Shown: positions 37,215-47,905 of the stretch, in pieces
Layout of the letters: the number at the start of each line of letters is the position of its first letter
How positions within the stretch are numbered: the stretch's first letter is position 1
Source: Chiloscyllium plagiosum
Lineage: Eukaryota
Length of the DNA stretch: 64,000 nucleotides
Assembly: GCF_004010195.1 (NCBI RefSeq)
Contig: NC_057733.1
Location: 28,355,637 to 28,419,636 of the forward strand
Direction: 5' to 3'
Notes under the pieces: generated by a model
What the model saw: the letters and a program-made list of their open reading frames with translations, nothing else
Databases searched by the model: none
What the model was told of the DNA's origin: nothing
Position numbers and translations under genes: made by a program

Positions 37215-40200
37215 AGTTGGTTTGTCATATTACACCTGCACAGGACATTGATAAGGCAACTTTTGGAAGACTGGGTTCAACTCTGGTCTCCCTGCTGTAG
37301 GAAAGATGTTGTGAAACGAAAGGGTTCAGAAAAGATTTATAAAGATGTTGGCAGGGTTGGTGGATTTCACCCATGGTGGTGTGGGGGTGGGGGGTGGAAT
37401 TCAATAGTAAGAAACAAAGTAGGGTCAGATGCTGTAGAATCTGTGTGGGTAGAATTGAGGAACCACAGAGGTGAAATAAGCCATAGTTGGGATTATGTAC
37501 AGGCCTCCAAATAGTAACTAGGAGCTGGGGCACAAGACAACTTTTTCACGCAGAGGGTGGTACGTGTATGGAATGAGCTGCCAGAGGATGTGGTGGAGGC
37601 TCGTACAATTGCAACATTGAAGAGGCATTTGGATGGGTATATGAATAGGAAGGGATGGAGGGATATGGGCCAGGTAGGACTTGATTGGTTGGGATATCTG
37701 GTCGGCATGGACAGGTTGGACTGAAGGGTCTATTTCCATGCTGTACATGTCTATGACTCTACACCAGGAGATAGAAAAGATGCATAGGAAATGCGATGTT
37801 ACAGTGGTCTTGGGGAATTTCAATATGCAGGTGAACTGGGAAAATCAGATTGGTAGTGGATTGTAAGGAAAGGAATTTGTGGAATGTCTGCAAGATGGCT
37901 TTTTGGAACAGCTTGCAGTGGAGCCCATTAGGGAACAGGCAATACTGGATATAATGTTGTGAGATGAGGGAGCTTTAGGTGAAGCAGCCCTTGGGCAGTG
38001 ATCGTAATATGATTGAATTTATTCTGCAATTTGAGAGGGAGAAGATAGAGGTAATATTGAAGCTGAATAAAGGCAACTACAGAGATATGAGGGAGGAACT
38101 GGGTAGAATGAACTGGGAGAGGAGCCTGGCAGGAAAGAAGGTGGAACAGCAATGGCAGGAGTTTCTGGGAGAAATTCATCAGACATCAGAGAATCATCCT
38201 GAGGAGGCAGAATCACAATACAGGAAGGATGAAGCAACCGTGGCTGACGAGGGAAGTCGGGGATAACATAAGGTCAAAAGAGAAAGCATATCATATGGCA
38301 AAGGGCAGTGGGAAACCAGAGGATAGGGAAGATTAGTGTCCAACAGAGGGCATCTAAACAAGAAGTAAGGAGAAAGAAGATTAAATATGAGGGTAAGCTA
38401 GCCAGTAATATAAAGGAAGACTGTAAGAGTTTCTTTGTGAGAGGCAAAAGTGGACATAGGGCCATTGGAAAATGACACTGGAGAGATAATATTGTTGAAC
38501 AAGGAAATGGCTTAGGGACCGAACAATTACTTCATGTCCGTCTTCACGGTGGAAGGCATTAGTAATATCCCAAAAATTCAAGAATGAGAGGGCAGAGGTG
38601 AGTAATGACCTTGGTAATGGCCACAAGGTGCTAGAAAAACTGAATCACCTGAAGGTGGATAAATCACCTGAACCAGATGGACTACACCCCAGAGATCTAA
38701 CAGAGATAGTGGCGGCGTTAGTGGTCACCTTTTGAGGATTCTTGAGAATCGGGGAGGGTCAGAGGACTGGAAAATCGCTGTTTAAAAAGGAAAGGCAAAA
38801 GGAGAATTATGGATCAATTAACCTAACCTCGGTTGTGGGTAAGATTCTGGAATCCATTATTGAGGATAAATTTCTCAATACTTGGAAGTATGTGGTAAAA
38901 TAGGGCAAAATCAGCATGGTTTCATCAGGGCGCCGGTCATGCCTGACAAATCTGCTAGAATTATTTTGAGGAAGTCATGAGCAGGTTAGACCAAGTAGAA
39001 CCAATGAATGTTATCTACATGGACTTTGACAGGGTGCTGCACAAAGACGATTGAGTCAGATAAGGGCCCATGGTGTTGGAGGCAAGATGCTAACATAGAA
39101 GCTTGGCTGTCTGACAAAGCCCAAGAGTAGGGATAAAAGGGTCCTTCTCAGGATGGCAGCTGGTGACATGGTGCTCTGCATTAAATGAACTACATGAAGG
39201 AGCTAAGGGCATTCTGGCTAAATTTGCAGACAATACAAAGATAGGTTGTGAGGCAGAAAGCATTGAGGAGGCAGGGAGGCAGCAGAAGGATTTGGCCAGG
39301 TTAGAGTGGGAAAAGAAGTGACAGATGCAATTCAACGTTGCAAAGTATGAGGTCATGTACTTTGGTAGGAAGAATAGAGGCATGGACTATTCTGTCAATG
39401 GGGAAAAAAATTCAGAAGTTTGAAGTACAGCGAGACGTGGGAATTGTAGTTCAGGGTTGTCTGAAGGTAAACTTGCAGGTTGAGTCAGGTTGAATGGCCT
39501 GGACAGTAGATGTTGGGAAGATGTTTCCATTGGTAGGAGATACTTGGATCTGAGGGCATAGCCTTGGAGTAAAAAGAAGACACTTTCGAAGGGAGATGAG
39601 GAGAAACTACTTCAGCCAGAAAATGGTGTATCGATGGAATTCATTGCCATAGAAGGCTGTGGAGGTTGGGTCACTGAGTGCATTTAAGACTGAGATATGT
39701 CCTTGATTATCAAGAATTATGGGGAGAAAGTGGTACAGTAGGGTTGAGAAACATATCAGCCATGATTGAATGGTGGGCTGAATGGTCTAATTTCTACTCC
39801 GAAGTCTTGTGGAAAGGCGAAATATGCTGGGTTGTTTTTTCCCTGGAGTGTCAGAGGCTGAGGGGTGACCATCTGGGTTTACAAAATCATGAGAGGCATG
39901 GAAAGGGTGAATAGTCAAGTTTTTCCCCATGGTAGGGGAGTCCAAAACGAGTGGGCATAGGGTTAAGGTGAGAGGGGAAAGATTTAAAAAGGACCTGAAG
40001 GGCAACCTTTTCACTCAGTGGGTAGTGCATGTATGGAATGAGCTGCCATGGGATGTGGTGGAGGCTGGTACAATTGCAACATTTAAAAGGCATCTGGATG
40101 TGTATATGAATAGGAAGCATTGAGGGATGTGGACCAAATGCTGGCAAATGGGGCTAGATTAATTTAGGATGTCTAGTTGGCATGGCGAGTTGGACCAAAG

Positions 40201-40240
40201 GGTCTGTTTCAGTGCTGTACATCTGATGCTATGACTCTTA
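37215..40240 (+). mobile_element. Composite of decayed CR1 ORF2 (APE and RT) fragments with younger CR1 3' ends inserted
   Basis: VVLGNFN, GSDRNMIEF, KSPEPDGLHPR, QHGF, KFADNTK motifs and CR1 tails at ~37760 and ~40235. Confidence 0.8.
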
Positions 40241-42934
40241 AATTTGATTGAAAAGTGATTCCACACTGTGTAAATAAACTACCTCAATCTAGAGGTATGG
40301 TAACTTCTGCAAAAGCCTTGTATCTGACTGGAGAAAACAAAGATATTTGTTAATAAAGCAAATGCATGGTTAACAAGGATAAAACCTATTAAGTTAAGAT
40401 GACAGAGGTAGTAAGAGAATAATGGTAACCATCAAATTAGGGAGTTTGGAATCGATAGAACAATAATCTGTCAGTAAAACTGCAGCAAGTGAATGCCTAC
40501 TTCGTAGAACAACAGTAACATAAACCTGGATGACTAAGAAATGATGGCTTGGGGAGGGTGCCGATGACTTCAAGTTGAAAGCCTTCAAATTGCTAATTCT
40601 GCTAACAGCTAAAAGAAAATGCATGATACAAAGCACTGTTGGGCTACTAAAAACTGGTATCATTCTAGCTGACATGATTACTCTGACATCATTGTGTTAA
40701 ACATCTTTACATGTGAAACAATTGCAAAATCTGAAAGCAGTATAAAGCTATATTTTACCAGAAATCTCAGAAATCCCTGAAACATTTGAGAGACCTGGTA
40801 TTGGGAGATAAATGTGGCAAGTAAATAAGAGCCTTCCAAGACTATAATAGTCTGAGTAAAACAAGAATGGGAGAAACATTTTTAACTTGAATCTATTGAG
40901 TGGAAAAGGGAAGTAAATATTTTGGAGCTCCTTGAGGATAGAGAATGATTCCAGGCTGCTGAGGAAATTTAACAATTTTAACTGAATTTTAAAATACTGA
41001 ATGGGATAAAGGTAAACTAATTACAATAGTTTTTAAGAAAGGTAAAGTGGAAAATGTGTCCAAGTCCTCTTCAAATTGCGTTAAGATGCAGAGGAGCTGG
41101 AGTTGACAGAGTGGATTGAGGCTTCCCTGCTGAACAATACAGTCTGGGGAGATCTTTTGCTTTAATTATGCTTTCCCACCTAGTCTCTATACTTGCTGAT
41201 TACCTGAGTGATAAAAATATGTACATCTCACCTTTTAATATATTCAGTTATCTAGATCAAGAAAATATTAAGACGAGCAGTAAAGGTACGCTATTTGGCA
41301 TGGGACACAGGATGTGAATGATAGCATTATACAAGGCAAGCTAATGATTCAGTTAATTGGAGTTGAGGCATTGCAAATCAGGAGGATGCATGAAATAGCA
41401 TGACCCAGTGCAGATAAACAAACCTTCTTCAGATGCTTGAAATCAGAAATTAGAAACTTGGAGATACTCTGATCAGGTAGCATCTGTGGAGAGACAGAAG
41501 CAGAGTTTCTCACCTCTTTGTGCAAAAAAATGGCTATTTTCCCAGTTCGGTTGGAGTCGGTGCACTGAAATATAAACTATTCCTGTCTCCTTTATATTTT
41601 TAGTTTATCCAGTATTTTTATTGGATGTTTCACGTGTTATTCTAATTTACATTATTCCATTGTTTCTTTTACTTTGCTGTAAAATTTGGTATGAGAACCA
41701 AGACACGTGATAATTTCTGGAAGGAATTAAATTAATCACAGGAAAATATAAACAAAGTGAAAATGTGCGAGTGGGAATTATGTGGTTTGAAAAAGGCTGC
41801 TGGAAATGCAAATTATGTCCACGATAAACTGATGTATCAGCATGAAACACTTGTTTGCCTTGTTGTGAATTTCACATCTGAAAGAAACAGCTGTGGCCAC
41901 TTTTGACCAAACAAAGCTTTACCGAAGATAATAGCTAGTAGGGCATAAGAATTTATTTTGGGGAGGACTTGTACGTTCTAATAGCTGCAGTTCAGCAACT
42001 TAATGATATCATTTCTTAGGATTTTTTCAAACAGAATGTAGCATTATCTTAATTCTTAATTATTTTTGTTTGAGGTTTGTATGCACAGACATGGGAGTAA
42101 AGCATCTAACCATCTTTGACAACCTTTCTACTAACTTGTGATTTGCAAGATGAATTATTAATTTAATTTGTTCATAGGAGAAACCTTTTTAACCCTAACA
42201 AAATAATGATTTTTGGCCATCGAATGCCTCTTAGCATTTTAGAAAACAAGTTTAATGCCTCAGTAGAAGATTGGCTAAGTAATCAAATAGAGTTGTGATT
42301 TTAAAAAAAGCATTTTCTAACTTGTAGAGTACCACAGGGATTGGAGTTGGGGCCACAAATATTACCAATATATAAATGATTTGAATAACGAAAGTGAATA
42401 TACTTTTTTCAGGTTTGTGGGTGGGAACACAAGTTGCGAAAATGACAGGGTGATTGGGTAAAAACTTGGCAGATGGAAAGACACATGTGGGGAAAATTTG
42501 AGGTTATGTACTTTGGCAGGAAGAATTGTGGGAAGTAAGAGGAAATTGCACGACCCTATGCAGAAATATTTGGATCATCAACTACAGGTGAGATGCCTGA
42601 TGACTGGAGAGTGGCTAATGTAGCTTTTCTAATAGAAAGATTGTAAGGGGAACTATAGACCTGTGAGTCTGACTTCAGTTATGGGTAAATTGGTGGAGAT
42701 CCTTATAAACAAAAGAATTTATGGACATTTAGACAGGCACAAATTGATTAGAGTGTCATTTTTTGTTGAGGGCAGGGCTTATACAATTAATGGTAGGGTG
42801 TTACATGGTGTTGTAGAACAGAGACCTAGGGGTTCAGGTCCATAATTCTTCAAAGTTTGCATCACACCAAGACAGGATGGTTAAAAAGGCACTTGGCACG
42901 CTTGCCTTAATTGCTCAGTCTTTTAAGTATAGGA

Positions 42935-43069
42935 AGGGTCTGAAGAAGGGTCACCAGACACAAAACATTAAATTTGATTTCTCTGCACAAATACTGCCAG
43001 ATCTGCTGAGCTTTTCCAGCAACTGTTATTTTTGCTGATTTACAGCATCTGCCGTTCTCTCTGTTTTGC
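42935..43069 (+). mobile_element. PLE-type short insert, family C, hammerhead-like start, ~13-bp imperfect TSD
   Basis: agggtCTGAAGAagggtc...; flanked by ttt(a/g)agtatagga, inside a CR1 fragment. Confidence 0.65.
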
Positions 43070-43419
43070 TTTGAGTATAGGAGTTTGAAAGTCATGTTCA
43101 AATGTATAGGACATTGATGAGGCCTCTGCTGGAATACTGTGTCCAGTTATGGTCTCCCAGTTATAGGAAAGATTAAGCTGGTGAAGGTTCAGAAGAAATT
43201 TACCAGGATGTTGCCAGGCATGGAAAGTTTAAGTTGGAACAGACTGGATAAGTTGTAACCTTTTTCCACTGTAGTGTCGGAGGTTGAGGCGCAACATGAT
43301 ATGTTTATAAAAGAAGATAGTTAATGTTTGTTTTTTTTTCCCTAGAGTGGTGGATTTCAAGACGAGGCGGCTTTTTTTTGGAAGTGAGAGGAGAGAGATT
43401 TACATAAGACATGACTGGG

Positions 43420-43612
43420 AGAAAGCGAGGACTGCAGATGCTGGAGATCAGAGCTTAAAAATGTGTTGCTGGAACAGCGCAGCAGGTCAGGCAACATCAA
43501 AGGAACAGGAGAATTGACGTTTCGGGCATAAGCCCTTCTTCAGGGCTTATGCCCGAAACGTTGATTCTCCTGTTCCTTTGATGCTGCCTGACCTCTGCGC
43601 TTTTCCAATAAC
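43420..43612. mobile_element. Fold-back PLE-type element, family B, intact hammerhead core on - strand, 11-bp TSD
   Basis: TSD acatgactggg at 43409-43419 and 43613-43623; - strand CTGAAGAAGGGCTTATGCCCGAAACGTC at 43543-43516. Confidence 0.85.
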
Positions 43613-45089
43613 ACATGACTGGGCAGGCATTTTTTTTACATAAGGTGGTTCCCATGTGGTGGAGGGAAGTGATGGATGTGGGCACAATTACAACATTTAA
43701 AAGCTATTTGGATAGATTGATGAACAGGAAAGGTTTGGGAGGGATATGAGCAAGGAGCTGGTAGATGAGATTAGTTTAGTTTGGGATCATGGTTGGCATA
43801 GACTGGTTGGACCAAAGGGTCTGTTTCTGTGCTGTATGACTGACTCTATGACCAGAAGAGCTGAATATAGTTTAAATTGGGCAAGATTGCAGGAGGTCAA
43901 AGATCATTGTACATGATTTACAAAAAGCTAGCATTCAGGTTTGGCTGGTTATAAGGAAAGCAAGTAGACTGTTGGCCTTTTTACTCATTTTTTGTTCCAA
44001 AGTGGGGTCGTGGTCTTCCTAAAACAATGCAAGACACTAGCCAGATAACACCTATAATATTTTAAAGTTTTTGGCCCCTTTATCTAAGGTATAGATAGAT
44101 GAAGTCCAGAGATGTTCACTTGATTGGTTTCATATAGAGGGACTGTCAAAGGAGAGGCTGAGGCTGATATTCATTGCAGTTTAGAAGAATGAGTGATGAT
44201 CTTATTGCAACTTAGAGTTTTCTCTGGGGGTTTGACAAGGTAGGTACAAGGAGGTTTTTTTTTCCTCTTGTGGGAGAGTCTAGGATCAGAGGGCTTAGGG
44301 TGTAGGTTTGCTCACTGAGCTGTAGGTTTGATATTCAGACGTTTCATTACCTTGCTAGGTAACATCAGTGGCGACCTCCAAGTGAAGCGAAGCTGTTGTC
44401 TCCTGCTTTCTATTTATATCTTTTTTCCTGGATGGGGTTCCTGGGGTTTGTGGTGATGTCATTTCCTGTTTGTTTTCTAAGGGGTTGATAGATGGCATCT
44501 AGATCTATGTGCTTGTTTATAGCGTTGTGGTTGGAGTGCTAGGCCTCTAGGAATTCTCTGGCATGTCTTTGCTTAGCCTGTCCCAGGATAGATGTGTTGT
44601 CCCAGTCGAAATGGTGGGTTTTTTTTCATCCGTGTGTAGGGCTATGAGGGAGAGGGGGTCGTGTCTTTTTGTGGGTAGCTGGTGTTTGTGCATCCTGGTG
44701 GCTAACTTTCTTCCTGTTTGTCCTACGTAGTGTTTGTGGCAGTCCTTGCATGGAATTTTATAGATGACGTTGGTTTTGTCCATGGGTTGTACTGGGTCTT
44801 TTAAGTTTGTTAGTTTACTAGTAAATTAGTTTGTTAGTAAACTAACAAACTTAAAAGATCCAGTACAACCCATGGACAAAACCAACGTCATCTATAAAAT
44901 TCCATGCAAGGACTGCCACAAGCACTATATAGGACAAACAGGAAGAAAGTTAGCCACCAGGATATATGAACACCAGCTAGTCACAAAAAGACACGACCCC
45001 CTCTCTCTCATAGCCCTACACAGGGATGAAAAAAACCCACCATTTTTGACTGGGACAACAGATGTATCCTGGGACAGGCTAAGCAAAGA

Positions 45090-45210
45090 AGGGCTTACGC
45101 CCGAAATGTCGATTTCCCCTGTTCCCTGGATGCTGCCTGACCTGCTGCGCTTTTCCAGCAACACGTTTTCAGCTCTGATCTCCAGCATCTGCAGACTTCA
45201 CTTTCTCCTC
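45090..45210 (+). mobile_element. Family B insert nested in the PLE right arm, 16-bp TSD
   Basis: TSD acaggctaagcaaaga at 45074-45089 and 45211-45226. Confidence 0.9.
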
Positions 45211-45418
45211 ACAGGCTAAGCAAAGACATGCCAGATAATTCCTAGAGGCCTGGCACTCCAACCACAACGCTATAAGCAAGCACATAGATCTAGATGCCAT
45301 CTATCACCCCCTCAGAAAACAAACAGGAAATGACATCACCACAAACCCAGGAACCCCATCCAGGAGAAAGATATAAATAGAAAGCAGGAGACAACAGCTT
45401 CGCTTCACTTGGAGGTCG

Positions 45419-45458
45419 CCACTGATGATGTTACCTAGCCACGTAATGAAACGTCTGG
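45419..45458 (+). ncRNA. Minimal type I hammerhead ribozyme motif in the PLE terminal repeat
   Basis: cca-CTGATGA(45422-45428)-t-gttac/gtaat stem II-GAAACGTC(45448-45455)-tgg; stem I cca/tgg; palindromic ACGT in place of helix III. Confidence 0.7.
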
Positions 45459-46329
45459 ATATCAAACCTACAGCTCAGTGAGCAAACCTACACCCTAAAT
45501 CTCAACCTGAGCTACAAACCTTGCTATCAGAGGGCTTATTTGTAGGATAAGCAGTAAAGGTAAAGTTGCCATGGTCTTACTGGACCATAGAGCAGCTCTC
45601 TAGTGATGGTTTAACATGACAGTCACCATTTCTATGACAATTGGAGGGGTTGAGGCAGTGAGTCCTTTGTGGTAACCTCAGCCAGTGTCCGAATTAAACT
45701 CATGCTGTTGATATCCTTCTGTAGTATTGCAAACCAGCCAACAGCTAAGCCACCATTGTTTAAGTGAGAGAGGTGTGAGGAATGTTTTTTTTTAGGCTAG
45801 TGAATCTGTAGAATTCTTCACTGGAGAGGGCTGTTAATACTGGTTATATTTGAGCCTGACTGGTTTTTAATTAAAGTTGAATTAATCCATTCTGAATGTA
45901 TAGCGAATTTCTTGTTTGTCTTGTCAGCAATGTGGTGGATTGGAAGGAACTTAAACAAGTTGTACGTTCTTTACCTTCATGAAATTACTCATGAAGGTAA
46001 TTTCATGAGTATTACCTTCAGACACTATTGGAATATAATGTTGTAATATGCCATACGTTTAGGATGCTTGTTAAATTTTATTTGACCAAACTTTGGTCAT
46101 CTGTCCAAATGTTTTTGTGGCTTGTTGAAGTTTATTTGATCTTTTTATCATAGAATCCCTACAGTGTGGAAGTAGGCCATTTGCCCGTCGTCTCCATGCT
46201 GACCCTCTGAAGAGCATCCCACCCAGATCCAGCCCCTTACCGTATCCCCATAACCCCAAATTTTACCATGGCTAATCCACCTAACCTGCACACCTTTGCA
46301 CTGTGGAAGGAAACTCATGTAAACATTTG

Positions 46330-46875
46330 TTTTTCTGGTCAGACCGTATTTGGAGTATTGTGTATAGTTTTGGGCCCCTATCTCTCAGGAATGATGTATC
46401 GGCCGTGGAGTGTGTTCAGAGGAGATTCACAAGAATGATCCCAGGAATGAAAATCTTAACATATGAGGAATGTTTGAGGACTCTGGGTCTATACTGGTTT
46501 GAGTTTAGAAGGATGAGGGAGGGATCTAATTGAAACATACAGCATACTGAAAGGCCTGGACAGACTAGATGTTGGGAAGATATTTCCATTGGTAGGAGAG
46601 ACTGGGACTCGAGGGCGCAGCCTTAGAATAAAGGGAAGACCTTTTAGAACGAGATAACGAGAAACTTCTTCAGCCAAAGAATGGTGAGTCTATGGAATTT
46701 ATTGCCACAGAAGGCTATGGAGCCTGGGTCATTGAGTGTATTTAAGACTGAGTATCAAGGGGTACGTAGAGAAAGTGGGAGAATGGAGTTGAGAAACTTG
46801 TCAGCCACGATTGAATGGCAGAGCAGATTCGATGGGCTGAGTGGCCTAATTTCTGCTCCTGTGTCTTAATGTCTT
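46330..46875 (+). mobile_element. CR1 LINE 3' end
   Basis: VECVQRRFTRMIPG...NFFSQRMVSLWNLLP. Confidence 0.85.
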
Positions 46876-46992
46876 CTGACAAATACATTTTTCTATTAAG
46901 ATGTTTTATAAATGCAAGAGGTTGTTTATTTCCCTTTTTATGGTCACTTTCTTTCAGTTAACCTAAACTAGTTTTATTTGTTTGAAAACTAG

Positions 46993-47124
46993 TGTGACTC
47001 TGGTGCTGAAGGAGATGGAATGACACACAAAAGGAAGAAAAGAAGAACTTGCAATATGATGGAAGATGGTAGTTCTCAATCTCGTGATGACTGTGTGAGC
47101 AAAGAACGCAGCTCATCCAGGTGA
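46993..47124 (+). CDS. JMJD6: JMJD6 coding exon 6 (last), [20 protein letters not shown]...[12 protein letters not shown]
   Basis: ag acceptor at 46991-46992, TGA at 47122-47124; the six exons sum to 1212 nt (403 aa), the length of human JMJD6. Confidence 0.96.
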   Translation, partial: CDSGAEGDGMTHKRKKRRTCNMMEDGSSQSRDDCVSKERSSSR

Positions 47125-47509
47125 CAAAGACTCGAAGATAACAGCAGTGCATCGTAAGATAAATTTCAAAAGCTGCAGTAGATGAAAAATAATTGCCAGT
47201 CTAAGACTCGATTTTAAATTCTGAATTACTACATTTTTTTTCGGTTTCGTATAGCTATCTTATTTACCTCCTTGGTAGTAATTGTAATTCCAGACCAAAA
47301 TGTCATGGACAACCATTTAAGACCATACAATGTTTAATAATTGATTTTTTTAGATCAAATTATCTAGTGTTGGAAAGATATTTTTATAAACCTATCCCTA
47401 AATTAACAATAGTGCGCTAAAGACTATTATTAGTCAGTGTTGGTACAGATATATTGGATACCCTTTATTACTGTTGATCAATATTTCTGTTCAAGTTTAG
47501 CTTGAACTA

Positions 47510-47532
47510 AATAAAAATGAACACTGAATAAA
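47510..47532 (+). terminator. Candidate JMJD6 polyadenylation signals (two AATAAA)
   Basis: AATAAA at 47510-47515 and 47527-47532 followed by T-rich sequence. Confidence 0.55.
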
Positions 47533-47632
47533 TCTCTTTTATCTTGATGTTCCCAATTTATAAATCACTTGCTCATTTTGCATAACTTAATTCAAATTCC
47601 TTTCAAAAGCCTACTTTGACTTCAAATCAATT

Positions 47633-47905
47633 GGGGCCCAGTTGGTAGCATACTTGTTTGAATCACAAGGTTGTGGGTTCAAGCTCCATTCGAGAACTTG
47701 AACGCAAGTCCAGGCTGTTAGTGTGTCTCTTATGCAATGCTAAGAGACATCCCCAACAGATTGGGCCCCATGTTTTTAGGTGAGACTGTGTTTTCATTTG
47801 ATGAAAAACATTTATGCAAGTGCATGGATGGTGGGAAACTCTTCAAAGTGCTATGGGATGCTTGGTGATCATGCAAAGCACTACATAAATGCAGCTCTTG
47901 TACTT
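47633..47905 (+). mobile_element. Old tRNA-derived SINE, DeuSINE/SacSINE1-like
   Basis: tRNA-like head (cagttggtagc...gggttcaagctcc) and 3' tail aagtgctatgggatg...aagcactacataaatgca. Confidence 0.5.

Larger units (their letters stand above)
44298..45525. mobile_element. Penelope-like element (GIY-YIG endonuclease 3' part plus terminal repeat) as an inverted duplication
   Basis: Both arms encode NVIYKIPCKDCHKHY(V/I)GQTGRKLATR...ILGQAKQRHAR-FLEA-HS; arms 44298-44820 and 44835-~45498; TSD atcagagggctta at 44285-44297 and 45526-45538. Confidence 0.92.

Noticed and set aside
43516-43543. Family B core called as a confidently active ribozyme
   Set aside because: Core and stem II are intact but stem I pairing is weak or disrupted by the inversion, so activity cannot be asserted
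44547-45219. Paired MDKTNVIYKIPC ORFs as host genes or an active endonuclease
   Set aside because: Fragments of a PLE GIY-YIG domain with frameshifts, stops and a nested insert; no RT present
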